Part shown: piece by piece, positions 29,244 to 37,364 of the stretch
Position numbering within the stretch: the first letter of the stretch is position 1
Layout: each line of letters starts with the position of its first letter
Assembly: GCA_043756865.1 (NCBI GenBank)
Contig: JAYUQG010000024.1
Location: 91,259-155,258, forward strand
Source: a bacterium
GTDB lineage: Bacteria; Patescibacteriota; Minisyncoccia; Phycocordibacterales; UBA6899
Length of the DNA stretch: 64,000 nt
Direction of reading: 5' to 3'
Notes under the pieces: generated by a model
What the model saw: only the letters and a program-made list of their open reading frames with translations
Told to the model about the DNA's origin: nothing
Database searches by the model: none
Translations under genes and position numbers: made by a program

Positions 29244-30059
29244 GTGATGTATATGAAAAATAACACAATATTGAGCATCGGAGTGGGTGTTGTTGCACTC
29301 GTTTTTACTCCAGCGGGACTTATTACTGCAGAAACTACAGGTGCGGGAGTACAGAGTAAGCCGCAGCCGCTCCTTTATATGGAGGCAGGTGGTGAGGCGG
29401 GAGGAGAAGGGGGTATTATCATGGAAGACCGGGTGAAAATGGAAGGAACTACCATGACAAAAGAAGAGATGGAAAATGCTCGTCCCATGGAAAAAAATAT
29501 TGATGCAATCAAAAACGAAATAGACACGGACGATGATACTGACGAGGATCTTTTTGATATCGAGATAGATATTGATGTGGACGCACTCATGAATGATAAG
29601 AATGAGTCAAGTCATACTCATGAAGGTAAGAGTGATATAGATGAGGCAGATGATGTTGACTCTGCGGCTGATTTCGAACATTTCGTCTCTTTTAAAGTGA
29701 AGGCAGATGATCGCATCAAAGATGTTGATATTAAGGACGGAAATCTCGTTGTCACCTACGCTCTCCCTGTTAAATTCTTTGGATTTTGGAAAACATCGTT
29801 GAACACTACAGCGGAGGTGGATAGTGCGGGCACTGTGGAAGTCCGATACCCCTGGTATGCGATATTCATGAGAAAAGAGTTTTCGAAGAAAACACTCGAG
29901 CCAATATTCACCGCATCGCTTGAAGCAGAGCAGGGCGGAAGTGCAAAGGCCTATGTCGTACCCCATGTTTTTGATACTGTTGTAAAAACTTTTAGCGAAG
30001 TTTCTTCCAGTGAGTTGTCTTACTCCGCGAAAACAGGAAAAACGGGAAAGACGAAGTAG
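29244..30059 (+). CDS. secreted acidic hypothetical protein
   Basis: A signal-like N-terminus is followed by a D/E-rich region (DTDDDTDEDLFDIEIDIDVD). A terminator follows. Confidence 0.6.
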   Translation: MMYMKNNTILSIGVGVVALVFTPAGLITAETTGAGVQSKPQPLLYMEAGGEAGGEGGIIMEDRVKMEGTTMTKEEMENARPMEKNIDAIKNEIDTDDDTDEDLFDIEIDIDVDALMNDKNESSHTHEGKSDIDEADDVDSAADFEHFVSFKVKADDRIKDVDIKDGNLVVTYALPVKFFGFWKTSLNTTAEVDSAGTVEVRYPWYAIFMRKEFSKKTLEPIFTASLEAEQGGSAKAYVVPHVFDTVVKTFSEVSSSELSYSAKTGKTGKTK

Positions 30060-30068
30060 CGTTAAAAA

Positions 30069-30091
30069 AGACCCCGATTGGGGTCTTTTTG
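30069..30091 (+). terminator. rho-independent terminator
   Basis: agacccc-gatt-ggggtct followed by ttttt. Confidence 0.75.
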
Positions 30092-30150
30092 CTATCCCTT
30101 GATGTATCACCGTAAACCCGTTACGCTACAGCTACTCATTTGTATAACGT

Positions 30151-32034
30151 ATGACACAAGACACCGCACTTACAATTATGAAAACCGGGGCAAATATTTT
30201 CCTCACTGGTGAGCCGGGGTCTGGAAAAACACATACCGTGAACGCATATGTGCGGTACCTGAAGGAGCATGGTATTCAACCTTCCATCACTGCGTCGACG
30301 GGGATTGCCGCAACACATGTCGGAGGTATGACGATTCACTCATGGAGCGGTATTGGGATACGTCGCGCACTCTCCGAATATGACCTTGATGCAATGGCCT
30401 CGAACGAGGGGCTGGTCCGCCGACTCGCGAAAGCCAAAGTGCTTATCATCGACGAAATCTCGATGCTTGATGGCACGGTGCTCGACATGGTCGACCAAGT
30501 CTCGCGCACGATAAGGATGAAACAAGAACCCTTTGGCGGGCTACAGGTGATTTTGGTGGGTGACTTCTTTCAGCTCCCGCCGATTGCAAAGCAAGGCGAA
30601 CGTGCGCAGTTTGCGTTTGATTCAAAGGCGTGGAAACTCGCCAATCCAATTATTTGCTATCTTTCTGAACAGCATCGCCAAGAAGACACGGCGTTTCTCT
30701 CGACCTTGGGTGCGATACGTCGCGGGGAATTGGAGGACAGTGTCTTTGAGTATATTGGTGAGCGTAACGTGGCACCGGGTGAACACCCACTCGATATTCC
30801 CCAACTGTACACACACAATATCGACGTCGACAAAAAGAACACCATAGAACTAGAAAAGCTCACCAGCGCACCTGTGGTCTTTCTGATGGAAACAAAGGGG
30901 AGTACGGGGCGGGTAGAACAGTTGGTAAAAGGATGCCTCTCGCCAGAGGAATTGGTCTTGAAGGAAGGTGCGTCTGTCATGTTTACCAAGAACAGCTTTG
31001 ATTCAGGTTATGTAAATGGCACACTCGGTACGGTCATCGGGTTTGATGCTGACAACGGATTTCCTATCGTGGAAACACGTGATGGCGATGAGATAACGGC
31101 GTTTCCGTCGGAGTGGGCAGTGGACGATAGTGGCAAGGTCCTCGCGACCATCACGCAAGTGCCACTACGACTCGCATGGGCTATCACGGTGCACAAAAGC
31201 CAAGGACTCTCGCTGGACGCGGCGGTCATGGACCTCTCACGTGCGTTTGAGTACGGTCAGGGGTATGTCGCACTCTCACGTGTTCGTGAATTCGCTGGTC
31301 TGCATATTCTTGGTATCAACCAGCGCGCGTTTGAGGTACATCCACTCGTCCTTGAACGCGATCAAGCATTCCGCGAACGCTCCGACGATGCAGAGCGTGG
31401 TTTTGAAGACATGCCACCGTCTGATCTCCTGGCACTCCACAATAATTTTATTACTGCTATGGGGGGAACGATTCATGCCGTCGCGCTTGATGAAGCGACA
31501 AAAGCCCCGAAGATTTCTACATATGAACAAACACTCGCACTGGTCGCAGACGGAAAAACTCTTGCAGAGATTATCGCACTTCGCGGGATGACCGAGGGTA
31601 CAATTGTGAAACATCTCGAAGAGCTCGCGCTTTCGGGCAATCTTCCGCCCCTCGAGATGGCACAATTCACAGGACTCGAGCAGCGTGGGCTCGACGATAT
31701 ACGGGAAGCCATCCTCGGCGTAGAAGGAGGTTACTTAAAGCCTATTTATGAAGCGCTCGATGAAGCCTATTCTTATGAAATGATTCGACTTGTGCGCTTA
31801 GCCACAGGCGCTCTGGCAAAGCGTAAAGAAGAGAGCACAGAGCAAAAAGTCGCTCGTAAAGAACCAGCCACTGCGAAGCCAGACAATCTTGGTGCCAAAT
31901 GGTCAACGGAAGAGGAGTCACGTCTGAGAGAAATGTTTCAATCGGGAATGAAGACTGCGCACATCGCCCGCGAGCTCAAGCGTCAATCGGGAGGTATCCG
32001 TGCGCGACTCAAGAAGCTCGGGTTGCTTGAATAG
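30151..32034 (+). CDS. Pif1/RecD-like SF1 DNA helicase with a C-terminal helical/HTH-like extension
   Basis: Walker A GEPGSGKTH, Walker B LIIDEISML, and motifs VGDFFQLPP and ITVHKSQGLS are present. Confidence 0.85.
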   Translation: MTQDTALTIMKTGANIFLTGEPGSGKTHTVNAYVRYLKEHGIQPSITASTGIAATHVGGMTIHSWSGIGIRRALSEYDLDAMASNEGLVRRLAKAKVLIIDEISMLDGTVLDMVDQVSRTIRMKQEPFGGLQVILVGDFFQLPPIAKQGERAQFAFDSKAWKLANPIICYLSEQHRQEDTAFLSTLGAIRRGELEDSVFEYIGERNVAPGEHPLDIPQLYTHNIDVDKKNTIELEKLTSAPVVFLMETKGSTGRVEQLVKGCLSPEELVLKEGASVMFTKNSFDSGYVNGTLGTVIGFDADNGFPIVETRDGDEITAFPSEWAVDDSGKVLATITQVPLRLAWAITVHKSQGLSLDAAVMDLSRAFEYGQGYVALSRVREFAGLHILGINQRAFEVHPLVLERDQAFRERSDDAERGFEDMPPSDLLALHNNFITAMGGTIHAVALDEATKAPKISTYEQTLALVADGKTLAEIIALRGMTEGTIVKHLEELALSGNLPPLEMAQFTGLEQRGLDDIREAILGVEGGYLKPIYEALDEAYSYEMIRLVRLATGALAKRKEESTEQKVARKEPATAKPDNLGAKWSTEEESRLREMFQSGMKTAHIARELKRQSGGIRARLKKLGLLE

Positions 32035-32061
32035 CTATCCCGAGTTATGCACACCCACCCC

Positions 32062-32089
32062 TTGCGTAATTCTACACAGGGTGTATATT
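32062..32089 (+). promoter_or_regulatory. sigma70-like promoter of repeat unit A1
   Basis: TTGCGT-16 nt-TATATT has the same architecture as the tRNA promoters in this window. Confidence 0.45.
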
Positions 32090-32095
32090 TCATTC

Positions 32096-32150
32096 ATCGA
32101 GACGATACGTCGTCTCAATTTAACAAAGCCTGTCACCCGACGGGCTTTTT
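32096..32150 (+). ncRNA. candidate ~55 nt sRNA, copy 1 (inside repeat unit A1, 32043-32154)
   Basis: Downstream of the promoter lies a 7-bp hairpin gagacga-tacg-tcgtctc (32099-32116). It is followed by the linker aatttaacaaa and a terminator gcctgtc-accc-gacgggc + tttttt. There is no ORF, and both neighbouring genes end or point away. Confidence 0.45.
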
Positions 32151-32177
32151 TACGCCTCGATAAAGTATTAAGTATTT

Positions 32178-32226
32178 CAGCGCGAAGCGCAGAGATAGTG
32201 AGTCCTCGAGCGACAACGCCAAATAG
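32178..32226 (+). repeat. repeat B, copy 1
   Basis: cagcgcgaagcgcagagatagtgagtcctcgagcgacaacgccaaatag is about 80% identical to 33667-33714. Confidence 0.55.
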
Positions 32227-32254
32227 AAAGAAAAAACCGCCTTTTAGAGGCGGT
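32227..32254 (-). terminator. rho-independent terminator of sbmA
   Basis: The minus strand reads accgcc-tctaaaa-ggcggt followed by ttttttt. Confidence 0.7.
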
Positions 32255-32262
32255 CTGGTTTT

Positions 32263-33591
32263 TTAAGCTACTTCGTCGATTTTCTCAAGCGGGCGATCAT
32301 TGATTGCACGTTCAAGTGAACTCAAACGTTTGTAGATTGAGAGCATTTCGACAATAGTCGGCCAATTGAGGACCAAATATTGAAAAGAACTTTCTACTCT
32401 TCCGAATGCGCGCACAATCTGCTGCATGACTCCAAGGGTGAATCCTGCAAGTATCGCCTCTTTGGAAAGCAGGGTTGGTGCGAGTGCGATGTAGGGAACG
32501 AGTGCACCCGCCTGTAGATAGCTATACCGCACCATGTTGAAGTACATGTAGTGAAAGTACATCCGAAAGTAGTTTGTTCTCACGTGACCAAACAGCTCAC
32601 GCAATGTCTTCGGTTGTGCCCGAGTTTCGTCCTCTTCGCCGAATACTAGCTCCTTGCGGTAAGCGTGCTCCACTCGTTGGTTGTGGAATTTCAATGTCGG
32701 CAGATAATAACCCGTCAGTGCGAGCACAATCGTACCGAAAACAGACCAGCAGACTGCAATAATCACCAATCCATGGGCGATCGGTCCGATGACGGGTATC
32801 TCCGAGACAAACTTCGTCGAGAGCATCCAAAGAATCGGCAAGAACGCAATGAGCGTCATCACCGCATCAAGCAGTCCCGCACCCAATCCTTCCATGATGT
32901 CTGCAAAACGCATCGTGTCGTCTTGAATACGTTGGGACGCTCCTTCGATGTGACGGACTTTGCTCCATTTCCCAGTATAGTACTCGTTCATCGCGGTGCG
33001 CCACCGGAAGTTGTAGTGCTGGATGAAATAGTTTCCCAGCGTTCTCACAATCACAAACACCGCTGCAATGGTGAAAAAGGTGGCCAGACGTCCGTAGTAC
33101 TCAGTATTTTCGATAGTTCCGGGGTTCGCAAACATGGTTTGAATCATGTTGTAAAACCCACCGAACCATTCGTTAATCATGACATCGAGTTGCACCTGAA
33201 ACCACGTGAAAAAGATAATCACAGCGGAACCAAGAAGCGACCACTTCAGCCATTTGTGTGAACTACAGAAGTACCAGCAGGCAATAAATATTCCGTAGCA
33301 AGGGATGAGGAATTGGTATGCCCAAAAAGTCACCGCGCTTCCGAGCGCACTTATCTGGGATTGCACCAACTTTACTCGCTCGGGGTCTGTCTTTGCACCG
33401 AATCGCGCCGCTTCCTTTTGTAGCGTTTCGAGTAATCCGTAGTCGAGTTGAGCAAAGCCGAACCATTGACCAACGGAATACATTTGACCTGTTTGCTCTC
33501 CTAATGTGAACCAAAACACCAAGCAGGCAAGTGCCCATATCACAAATGAGCCAAAGAAGAGGAGCGGCCTCGGAAAGAAGGAATTAAACAT
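32263..33591 (-). CDS. sbmA: SbmA/BacA-family peptide (antimicrobial peptide/cofactor) transporter
   Basis: It is collinear with E. coli SbmA as I recall it. Examples: MFNSFFPRPLLFFGSFVIWAL vs MFKSFFPKPGTFFLSAFVWAL, FRWRTAMNEYY, RHIEGASQRIQDDTMRFA, FHNQRVEHAYRKELV, YFHYMYFN and SIYKRL. Confidence 0.9.
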   Translation of the reverse strand: MFNSFFPRPLLFFGSFVIWALACLVFWFTLGEQTGQMYSVGQWFGFAQLDYGLLETLQKEAARFGAKTDPERVKLVQSQISALGSAVTFWAYQFLIPCYGIFIACWYFCSSHKWLKWSLLGSAVIIFFTWFQVQLDVMINEWFGGFYNMIQTMFANPGTIENTEYYGRLATFFTIAAVFVIVRTLGNYFIQHYNFRWRTAMNEYYTGKWSKVRHIEGASQRIQDDTMRFADIMEGLGAGLLDAVMTLIAFLPILWMLSTKFVSEIPVIGPIAHGLVIIAVCWSVFGTIVLALTGYYLPTLKFHNQRVEHAYRKELVFGEEDETRAQPKTLRELFGHVRTNYFRMYFHYMYFNMVRYSYLQAGALVPYIALAPTLLSKEAILAGFTLGVMQQIVRAFGRVESSFQYLVLNWPTIVEMLSIYKRLSSLERAINDRPLEKIDEVA

Positions 33592-33666
33592 TGGGGGACC
33601 CCTTTTGTGTCGAGAACTTTGTCTGTCAAAAGTCTAAAGGAAGGCGCAAATATAGCAACTGCATTA

Positions 33667-33714
33667 AGCGCGAAGCACCCGGATAGTGAGTCCGCGAGCG
33701 GTAACGTCAAATAG
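33667..33714 (+). repeat. repeat B, copy 2 (directly abuts unit A2)
   Basis: Sequence is agcgcgaagcacccggatagtgagtccgcgagcggtaacgtcaaatag. Confidence 0.55.
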
Positions 33715-33739
33715 CCCCCAAGTTATCCACACCCACCCC

Positions 33740-33767
33740 TTGCGTAATTCTACACAGGGTGTATATT
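33740..33767 (+). promoter_or_regulatory. sigma70-like promoter of repeat unit A2
   Basis: The sequence is identical to 32062-32089. Confidence 0.45.
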
Positions 33768-33773
33768 TCATTC

Positions 33774-33828
33774 ATCGAGACGATACGTCGTCTCAATTTA
33801 ACAAAGCCCGTCTCTGACGGGCTTTTTT
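33774..33828 (+). ncRNA. candidate ~55 nt sRNA, copy 2 (inside repeat unit A2, 33721-33831)
   Basis: Copy 2 is identical to copy 1 through the hairpin and linker. Its terminator stem is gcccgtc-tct-gacgggc, and the differences from copy 1 keep pairing (C-G in place of the T-G wobble). Confidence 0.45.
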
Positions 33829-33856
33829 ACGTCTCCACAACCGCCACAGCTTTTTC

Positions 33857-33887
33857 AAGAAAAAAACCGCCAACTGTTGATGGCGGT
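33857..33887 (-). terminator. rho-independent terminator of the 33902..34621 gene
   Basis: The minus strand reads accgcc-atcaacagtt-ggcggt followed by ttttttt. The stem sequence is the same as in the sbmA terminator. Confidence 0.65.
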
Positions 33888-33901
33888 TTATTGTGTTTCT
33901 G

Positions 33902-34621
33902 CTATTTACGCAGTTTGCGAATGAGCGGTTTCACGAGTATGAGGGTGATGTTGAGTGCAATCAGGCAAAGCCACAATCCAAATAGGTATTTCATGGCTGT
34001 GAAAAACCAGTCATGTTCAGTCCAGATTTCTTTGAGCGTGAACACGAAGTAGTCTGGGTCATGCCACGCGAATGCGACGATTGCTGCCACAAAAAGTGAG
34101 GTGAGGATGATTTGCCCTCGTGGTTCCTCCACAAGCCACGCGCCGATGCGCTCGAGACGATTCGTGATTTTGCTCCACCCCTCCGCCGTTCGTACGGCGA
34201 TGGGTGTCCAGAATGCACGGAGTGCTTCGTGAATTGGATCCCATGCCATATGCCAAATCTTGGTGACCCAACTTGCGGTAGCATTCCACATGCGGGCAAG
34301 TCTGTCGCCGAGTCTCAGCACGCTCACGATGGCCACTATGGTGAGGGCGACCTGACCCAAGATTGCAAAGGGAAGTCCCACAATAAGGAGCGGAATACCC
34401 CACCATGCACCTGCAGAAATTCGTTCAACAAATGCACTGCCGAGCAGTAGCGCAAAAGAGAGAATCGCCACTCCCCATGCAGGTAAGAGTGGCATTTCAT
34501 GGCGGAGCCAAAATTTGAGCCCCACAAACAGGTGGAAGTAATAAGCAATTCCTGATTTCTCGGGAACTGATTCATGCCTTGCGAGGTACGGACGCTCAAA
34601 GAAAAACCGTGCAATGTTCAT
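33902..34621 (-). CDS. hypothetical multi-TM membrane protein
   Basis: It is a 239 aa ORF with hydrophobic helices. No family was recognised. Confidence 0.55.
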   Translation of the reverse strand: MNIARFFFERPYLARHESVPEKSGIAYYFHLFVGLKFWLRHEMPLLPAWGVAILSFALLLGSAFVERISAGAWWGIPLLIVGLPFAILGQVALTIVAIVSVLRLGDRLARMWNATASWVTKIWHMAWDPIHEALRAFWTPIAVRTAEGWSKITNRLERIGAWLVEEPRGQIILTSLFVAAIVAFAWHDPDYFVFTLKEIWTEHDWFFTAMKYLFGLWLCLIALNITLILVKPLIRKLRK

Positions 34622-34758
34622 GTGATGAACCCCTTTTTATCTTTCTGCAAACTACAACGATAAATGGTTATTGTAAAGAGCTTGTCGTCATGTGGTGTAT
34701 TGCACTCTCCGCCCCCACCCCGTATCATTTGCACCAGCATGTACAGCGGGAAAAGGTA

Positions 34759-35055
34759 ATGGGCAAAATGGATACATGGCGTATGACCGAAACAGGCACG
34801 GTCGGAGAATGGATACAGGCACCCAATGGTGAATTTGTGGGGACTATTGTCTCCGACTGTGGCGATGTGTACATCGCAGGAAGCAAGGACTGCCCTGATC
34901 CCTACGATGGCGCGCTCATTACCAAAGGCACGCGCGTGCGCTTCGTCCCCGAGCAAAAGGGGAACAAGGTGAAAGACATGGACACGGGTGTTCCGTACTC
35001 TTGGGGCGTCGCTCGAGAAATCGCGATTGTTCCTAAAACACTCAAGCACCGTTAG
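34759..35055 (+). CDS. small hypothetical protein (98 aa), possibly an OB-fold/cold-shock-like beta protein
   Basis: ATG at 34759 gives MGKMDTWRMTETGTVGEWIQAPNGEFVGTIV... The upstream part of the tracked ORF overlaps the divergent gene start. Family assignment is weak. Confidence 0.45.
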   Translation: MGKMDTWRMTETGTVGEWIQAPNGEFVGTIVSDCGDVYIAGSKDCPDPYDGALITKGTRVRFVPEQKGNKVKDMDTGVPYSWGVAREIAIVPKTLKHR

Positions 35056-35396
35056 CGGTGCTTTTTCTTTGCACCGCTAATTTCCGCGGACTCACGCACC
35101 CAGGCGTCGATTTGCTCGCGGTCAGTCATGATTTCTTCGGGGACTTCCCAGTAGCTCATGGCTACCTTCTTTTGGTCTTTGCTTGAATATGCAAACGGGG
35201 CGCTGCCTAGCGTTTCATAGTGAGCACGGTTTGTCTCGTTCACCTTGAAATAAAGCGTGCTTTCGGCAATGATTCCAAAAATTATCCCGTCTAAGTACAG
35301 CCCATAGCCGCCAAACATGGATTTGGAGGTAATGCCACGAATGCGCCCTAAGACATCATGCACCACATAGTCGTGGAACTCACTCGATTTTTTCAT
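35052..35396 (-). CDS. TfoX N-terminal domain protein
   Basis: The SKSMFGGYGLYLDGIIFGIIAESTLYFKVNE pattern is typical of TfoX_N. Confidence 0.75.
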   Translation of the reverse strand: MKKSSEFHDYVVHDVLGRIRGITSKSMFGGYGLYLDGIIFGIIAESTLYFKVNETNRAHYETLGSAPFAYSSKDQKKVAMSYWEVPEEIMTDREQIDAWVRESAEISGAKKKHR

Positions 35397-35848
35397 GGAC
35401 GTGGTTTGTGCAATGCTTCTTGCTCAGTCTTAAAACGAAACCATACTTTTCTCCAGTACTGGTAAGTGAGAAAAATAAAGACTCCTGCTAAGGCCGACCA
35501 TGCTCCAAGCAGAAAAAAGTAGGCACACCAGAAAAGTTCTTTGATATAAAAATATTTGATGAGTTTTGGGTAGCAACTCACCTCCGCCTGTGTGGCGTCG
35601 GGGTACTTTCTGCGCTGCGCTTCTTCTAGACTGTTTGCCACTGATGCGTGCATCCAAGAAAAGAATACCGCACAGACACCGAGATATTCGATCCAACCCT
35701 TGTTTGAAATATACGCAGTAGTAAGCAATACGAAAGCCACAATAATGGATTCAACTTGCCACGTATGCATGCCCGTCAGCTTCTGTATGCGCACCATACC
35801 GAGGCAAAAGAGGTTTTTCATAGTGCAAATTGTAACATGGACAGACAT
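35393..35848 (-). CDS. hypothetical membrane protein
   Basis: The stop overlaps the start of the TfoX gene. The protein has 3-4 TM helices. The start is uncertain; alternative ATGs lie at 35821 and 35770. Confidence 0.5.
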   Translation of the reverse strand: MSVHVTICTMKNLFCLGMVRIQKLTGMHTWQVESIIVAFVLLTTAYISNKGWIEYLGVCAVFFSWMHASVANSLEEAQRRKYPDATQAEVSCYPKLIKYFYIKELFWCAYFFLLGAWSALAGVFIFLTYQYWRKVWFRFKTEQEALHKPRP

Positions 35849-35860
35849 GGGGGTAATACC

Positions 35861-35888
35861 TTGAAAAATAGACGCATTTGGCTATACT
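35861..35888 (+). promoter_or_regulatory. sigma70-like promoter of tRNA-Gln
   Basis: TTGAAA-16 nt-TATACT ends 30 nt upstream of the tRNA. Confidence 0.5.
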
Positions 35889-35918
35889 GCGTAGGTTAGT
35901 TGGATTGATATAACATAT

Positions 35919-35989
35919 TGCGGGTTCGTCTAATGGTAGGACGTTACCCTCTGGAGGTAAATATTGGGGTTCGAGTCCCTGACCCGCAG
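35919..35989 (+). tRNA. tRNA-Gln (CTG); CCA not encoded
   Basis: Acceptor TGCGGGT/ACCCGCA has the U1-A72 pair typical of bacterial tRNA-Gln. The anticodon loop is CTCTGGA and the T-loop is TTCGAGT. Confidence 0.85.
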
Positions 35990-36002
35990 TTACCACACAA
36001 AA

Positions 36003-36029
36003 ACACTCTGCCAAGAGTGTTTTTGTTTT
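36003..36029 (+). terminator. rho-independent terminator of tRNA-Gln
   Basis: acactct-gcca-agagtgt followed by ttttgtttt. Confidence 0.75.
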
Positions 36030-36186
36030 GTGGTAACTCGCGGGTCAGGGACTCGAAATGCGTAAGGTGGTATACAAGACGAGCGAAGCGAGTGCTTGTC
36101 ACCGAGCCGGGGTCGAGAGCACTTTGTAGTTCGGTGGCCTTGCGCCGAAATACTTAGTGACTCGTGACCGAGTCCCTGACCCGCAG
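36030..36186 (+). repeat. copy X of a structured repeat family with 16-bp terminal inverted repeats derived from, or identical to, the tRNA-Gln 3' end
   Basis: gcgggtcagggactcg (36040-36055) is the exact reverse complement of cgagtccctgacccgc (36169-36184). An internal hairpin ttcggtg-gccttg-cgccgaa lies at 36130-36149. The unit is homologous to 11400-11519(-) and, at its ends, to 37154-37331. Confidence 0.65.
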
Positions 36187-36199
36187 CAATGTCGCAACG

Positions 36200-36221
36200 T
36201 CACCCTTTTTGGGTGATTTTG
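36200..36221 (+). terminator. hairpin plus T-run directly after repeat X (plus strand)
   Basis: tcaccc-ttttt-gggtga followed by tttt. Confidence 0.45.
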
Positions 36222-36392
36222 CTATGGGTGAAAATTGTTTGTGAGGGTGATGTTTTTCTCCCCCCGCTCAATTATGCCAATATATGTGCGGTGCACCTCG
36301 GCGCGCTCTGTGAGTTTTTCTTGGGAAAGCTCGCGTTTCAAGCGTTCCTCGCGGACTCGTTTGCCGAATTTGGTTAGCAACTGTTTATTCAT
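36222..36392 (-). CDS. XRE-family helix-turn-helix transcriptional regulator (56 aa; below the ORF-track cutoff)
   Basis: My translation of the minus strand is MNKQLLTKFGKRVREERLKRELSQEKLTERAEVHRTYIGIIERGEKNITLTNNFHP. This is the classic HTH_3 pattern (LSQEKLAE...RTYI..IERGE.N.T). Confidence 0.7.
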   Translation of the reverse strand: MNKQLLTKFGKRVREERLKRELSQEKLTERAEVHRTYIGIIERGEKNITLTNNFHP

Positions 36393-36452
36393 ATCTACAT
36401 GTACAGTGTAGGAAGTTGCCTACCATGGTTCTACATACTAAAGTTAGCAAAT

Positions 36453-37043
36453 ATGGACAATAATGCGGTGATATTTATACTAGTTGTTTTTGTTGTTTTT
36501 ATTGTGATGAAGATGTTTTTTCAAAAAAAGACACACACAAACACTCATTCAAAAAGCGGACTAATCCTTTCAATCATCTCGCTTTTGTTACCATTCGCGA
36601 AGGAGTTTTTAGAAAAGAGACAGGAGGAAAAGAAGTATATTACAGAAGACGCTCGATATAGTAAAAAACAATATTTCATGACGACCGCTGAGCATCATGT
36701 TTTCGACCAGTTGTTAAAAATAGCAGGGGAGAAATATCACGTCTTTCCGCAGGTGCACTACAGTAAAATTATGTACGCCGAGGGACAGCAGAATTTCCAT
36801 AATCCGTGGTTCAACAAGATAGACCGAAAGTCCGCAGACTTTGTACTTTTTGACAAGCACGACATTTCTCCTGTTTTGGTGATTGAGCATGACGATAAGA
36901 CTCATAATCGTAAAGACCGAATTGAAAGGGACGATTTTATTGACCACACACTTGAAAAAAGTGGAATTTCAATTGTGCATGTTCGACCATTCGCGACCGA
37001 AGAGGAACTGAAGAAACTACTCCAAGTAAAAATCAGTATATAA
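36453..37043 (+). CDS. DUF2726-domain (restriction-endonuclease-like fold) protein with N-terminal TM helices
   Basis: The pattern ...FMTTAEHHVFDQLLKIAGEKYHVFPQVHYSKIM...KSADFVLFDKHDISPVLVIEHDDKTHNRKDRIERDDFI...GISIVHV matches DUF2726. ATG at 36453 is the chosen start. Confidence 0.65.
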   Translation: MDNNAVIFILVVFVVFIVMKMFFQKKTHTNTHSKSGLILSIISLLLPFAKEFLEKRQEEKKYITEDARYSKKQYFMTTAEHHVFDQLLKIAGEKYHVFPQVHYSKIMYAEGQQNFHNPWFNKIDRKSADFVLFDKHDISPVLVIEHDDKTHNRKDRIERDDFIDHTLEKSGISIVHVRPFATEEELKKLLQVKISI

Positions 37044-37153
37044 GCTTGGATTGGCTTAAAATTGTTCCAACGTCGTCCCACACTCCCAGCAAATGGAAGC
37101 ACCCCTTGGGGGTGTTTTCATTTGCGGGAAAAAGTGCTCTGCAGCACTTTTGG

Positions 37154-37331
37154 CAGGGACTCGAAGCCGTTCTCCCCTATTTGTGAAGGATTCTTATCCT
37201 GAGTAAATGGAAAACGGGTACTGCCCCTGTAAGGGGAGAGTCTCTGACTCGGAAGACTGAGGCGAAACACTTGGCACATAAGCACTCCTGTGCGAATATG
37301 TTTAGTAACTAATGACCAGTCCCTGACCCGC
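37154..37331 (+). repeat. copy Z of the structured repeat family (ends conserved, interior different)
   Basis: The 5' end is cagggactcgaagcc. The 3' end gtttagtaactaatgaccagtccctgacccgc compares with acttagtgactcgtgaccgagtccctgacccgc in copy X. Confidence 0.5.
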
Positions 37332-37364
37332 TACTAAATTGAGTGAGGTTCGGTTCGCGAGAGT

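Noticed and set aside
32000-32266. ORFs 32000..32266(+) and 33759..34052(+), sharing the peptide YISFIETIRRLNLTKP
   Set aside because: The shared peptide merely reflects the A1/A2 nucleotide repeat. Both ORFs cross intrinsic terminators and have no RBS, and the second is antisense to a membrane-protein gene.
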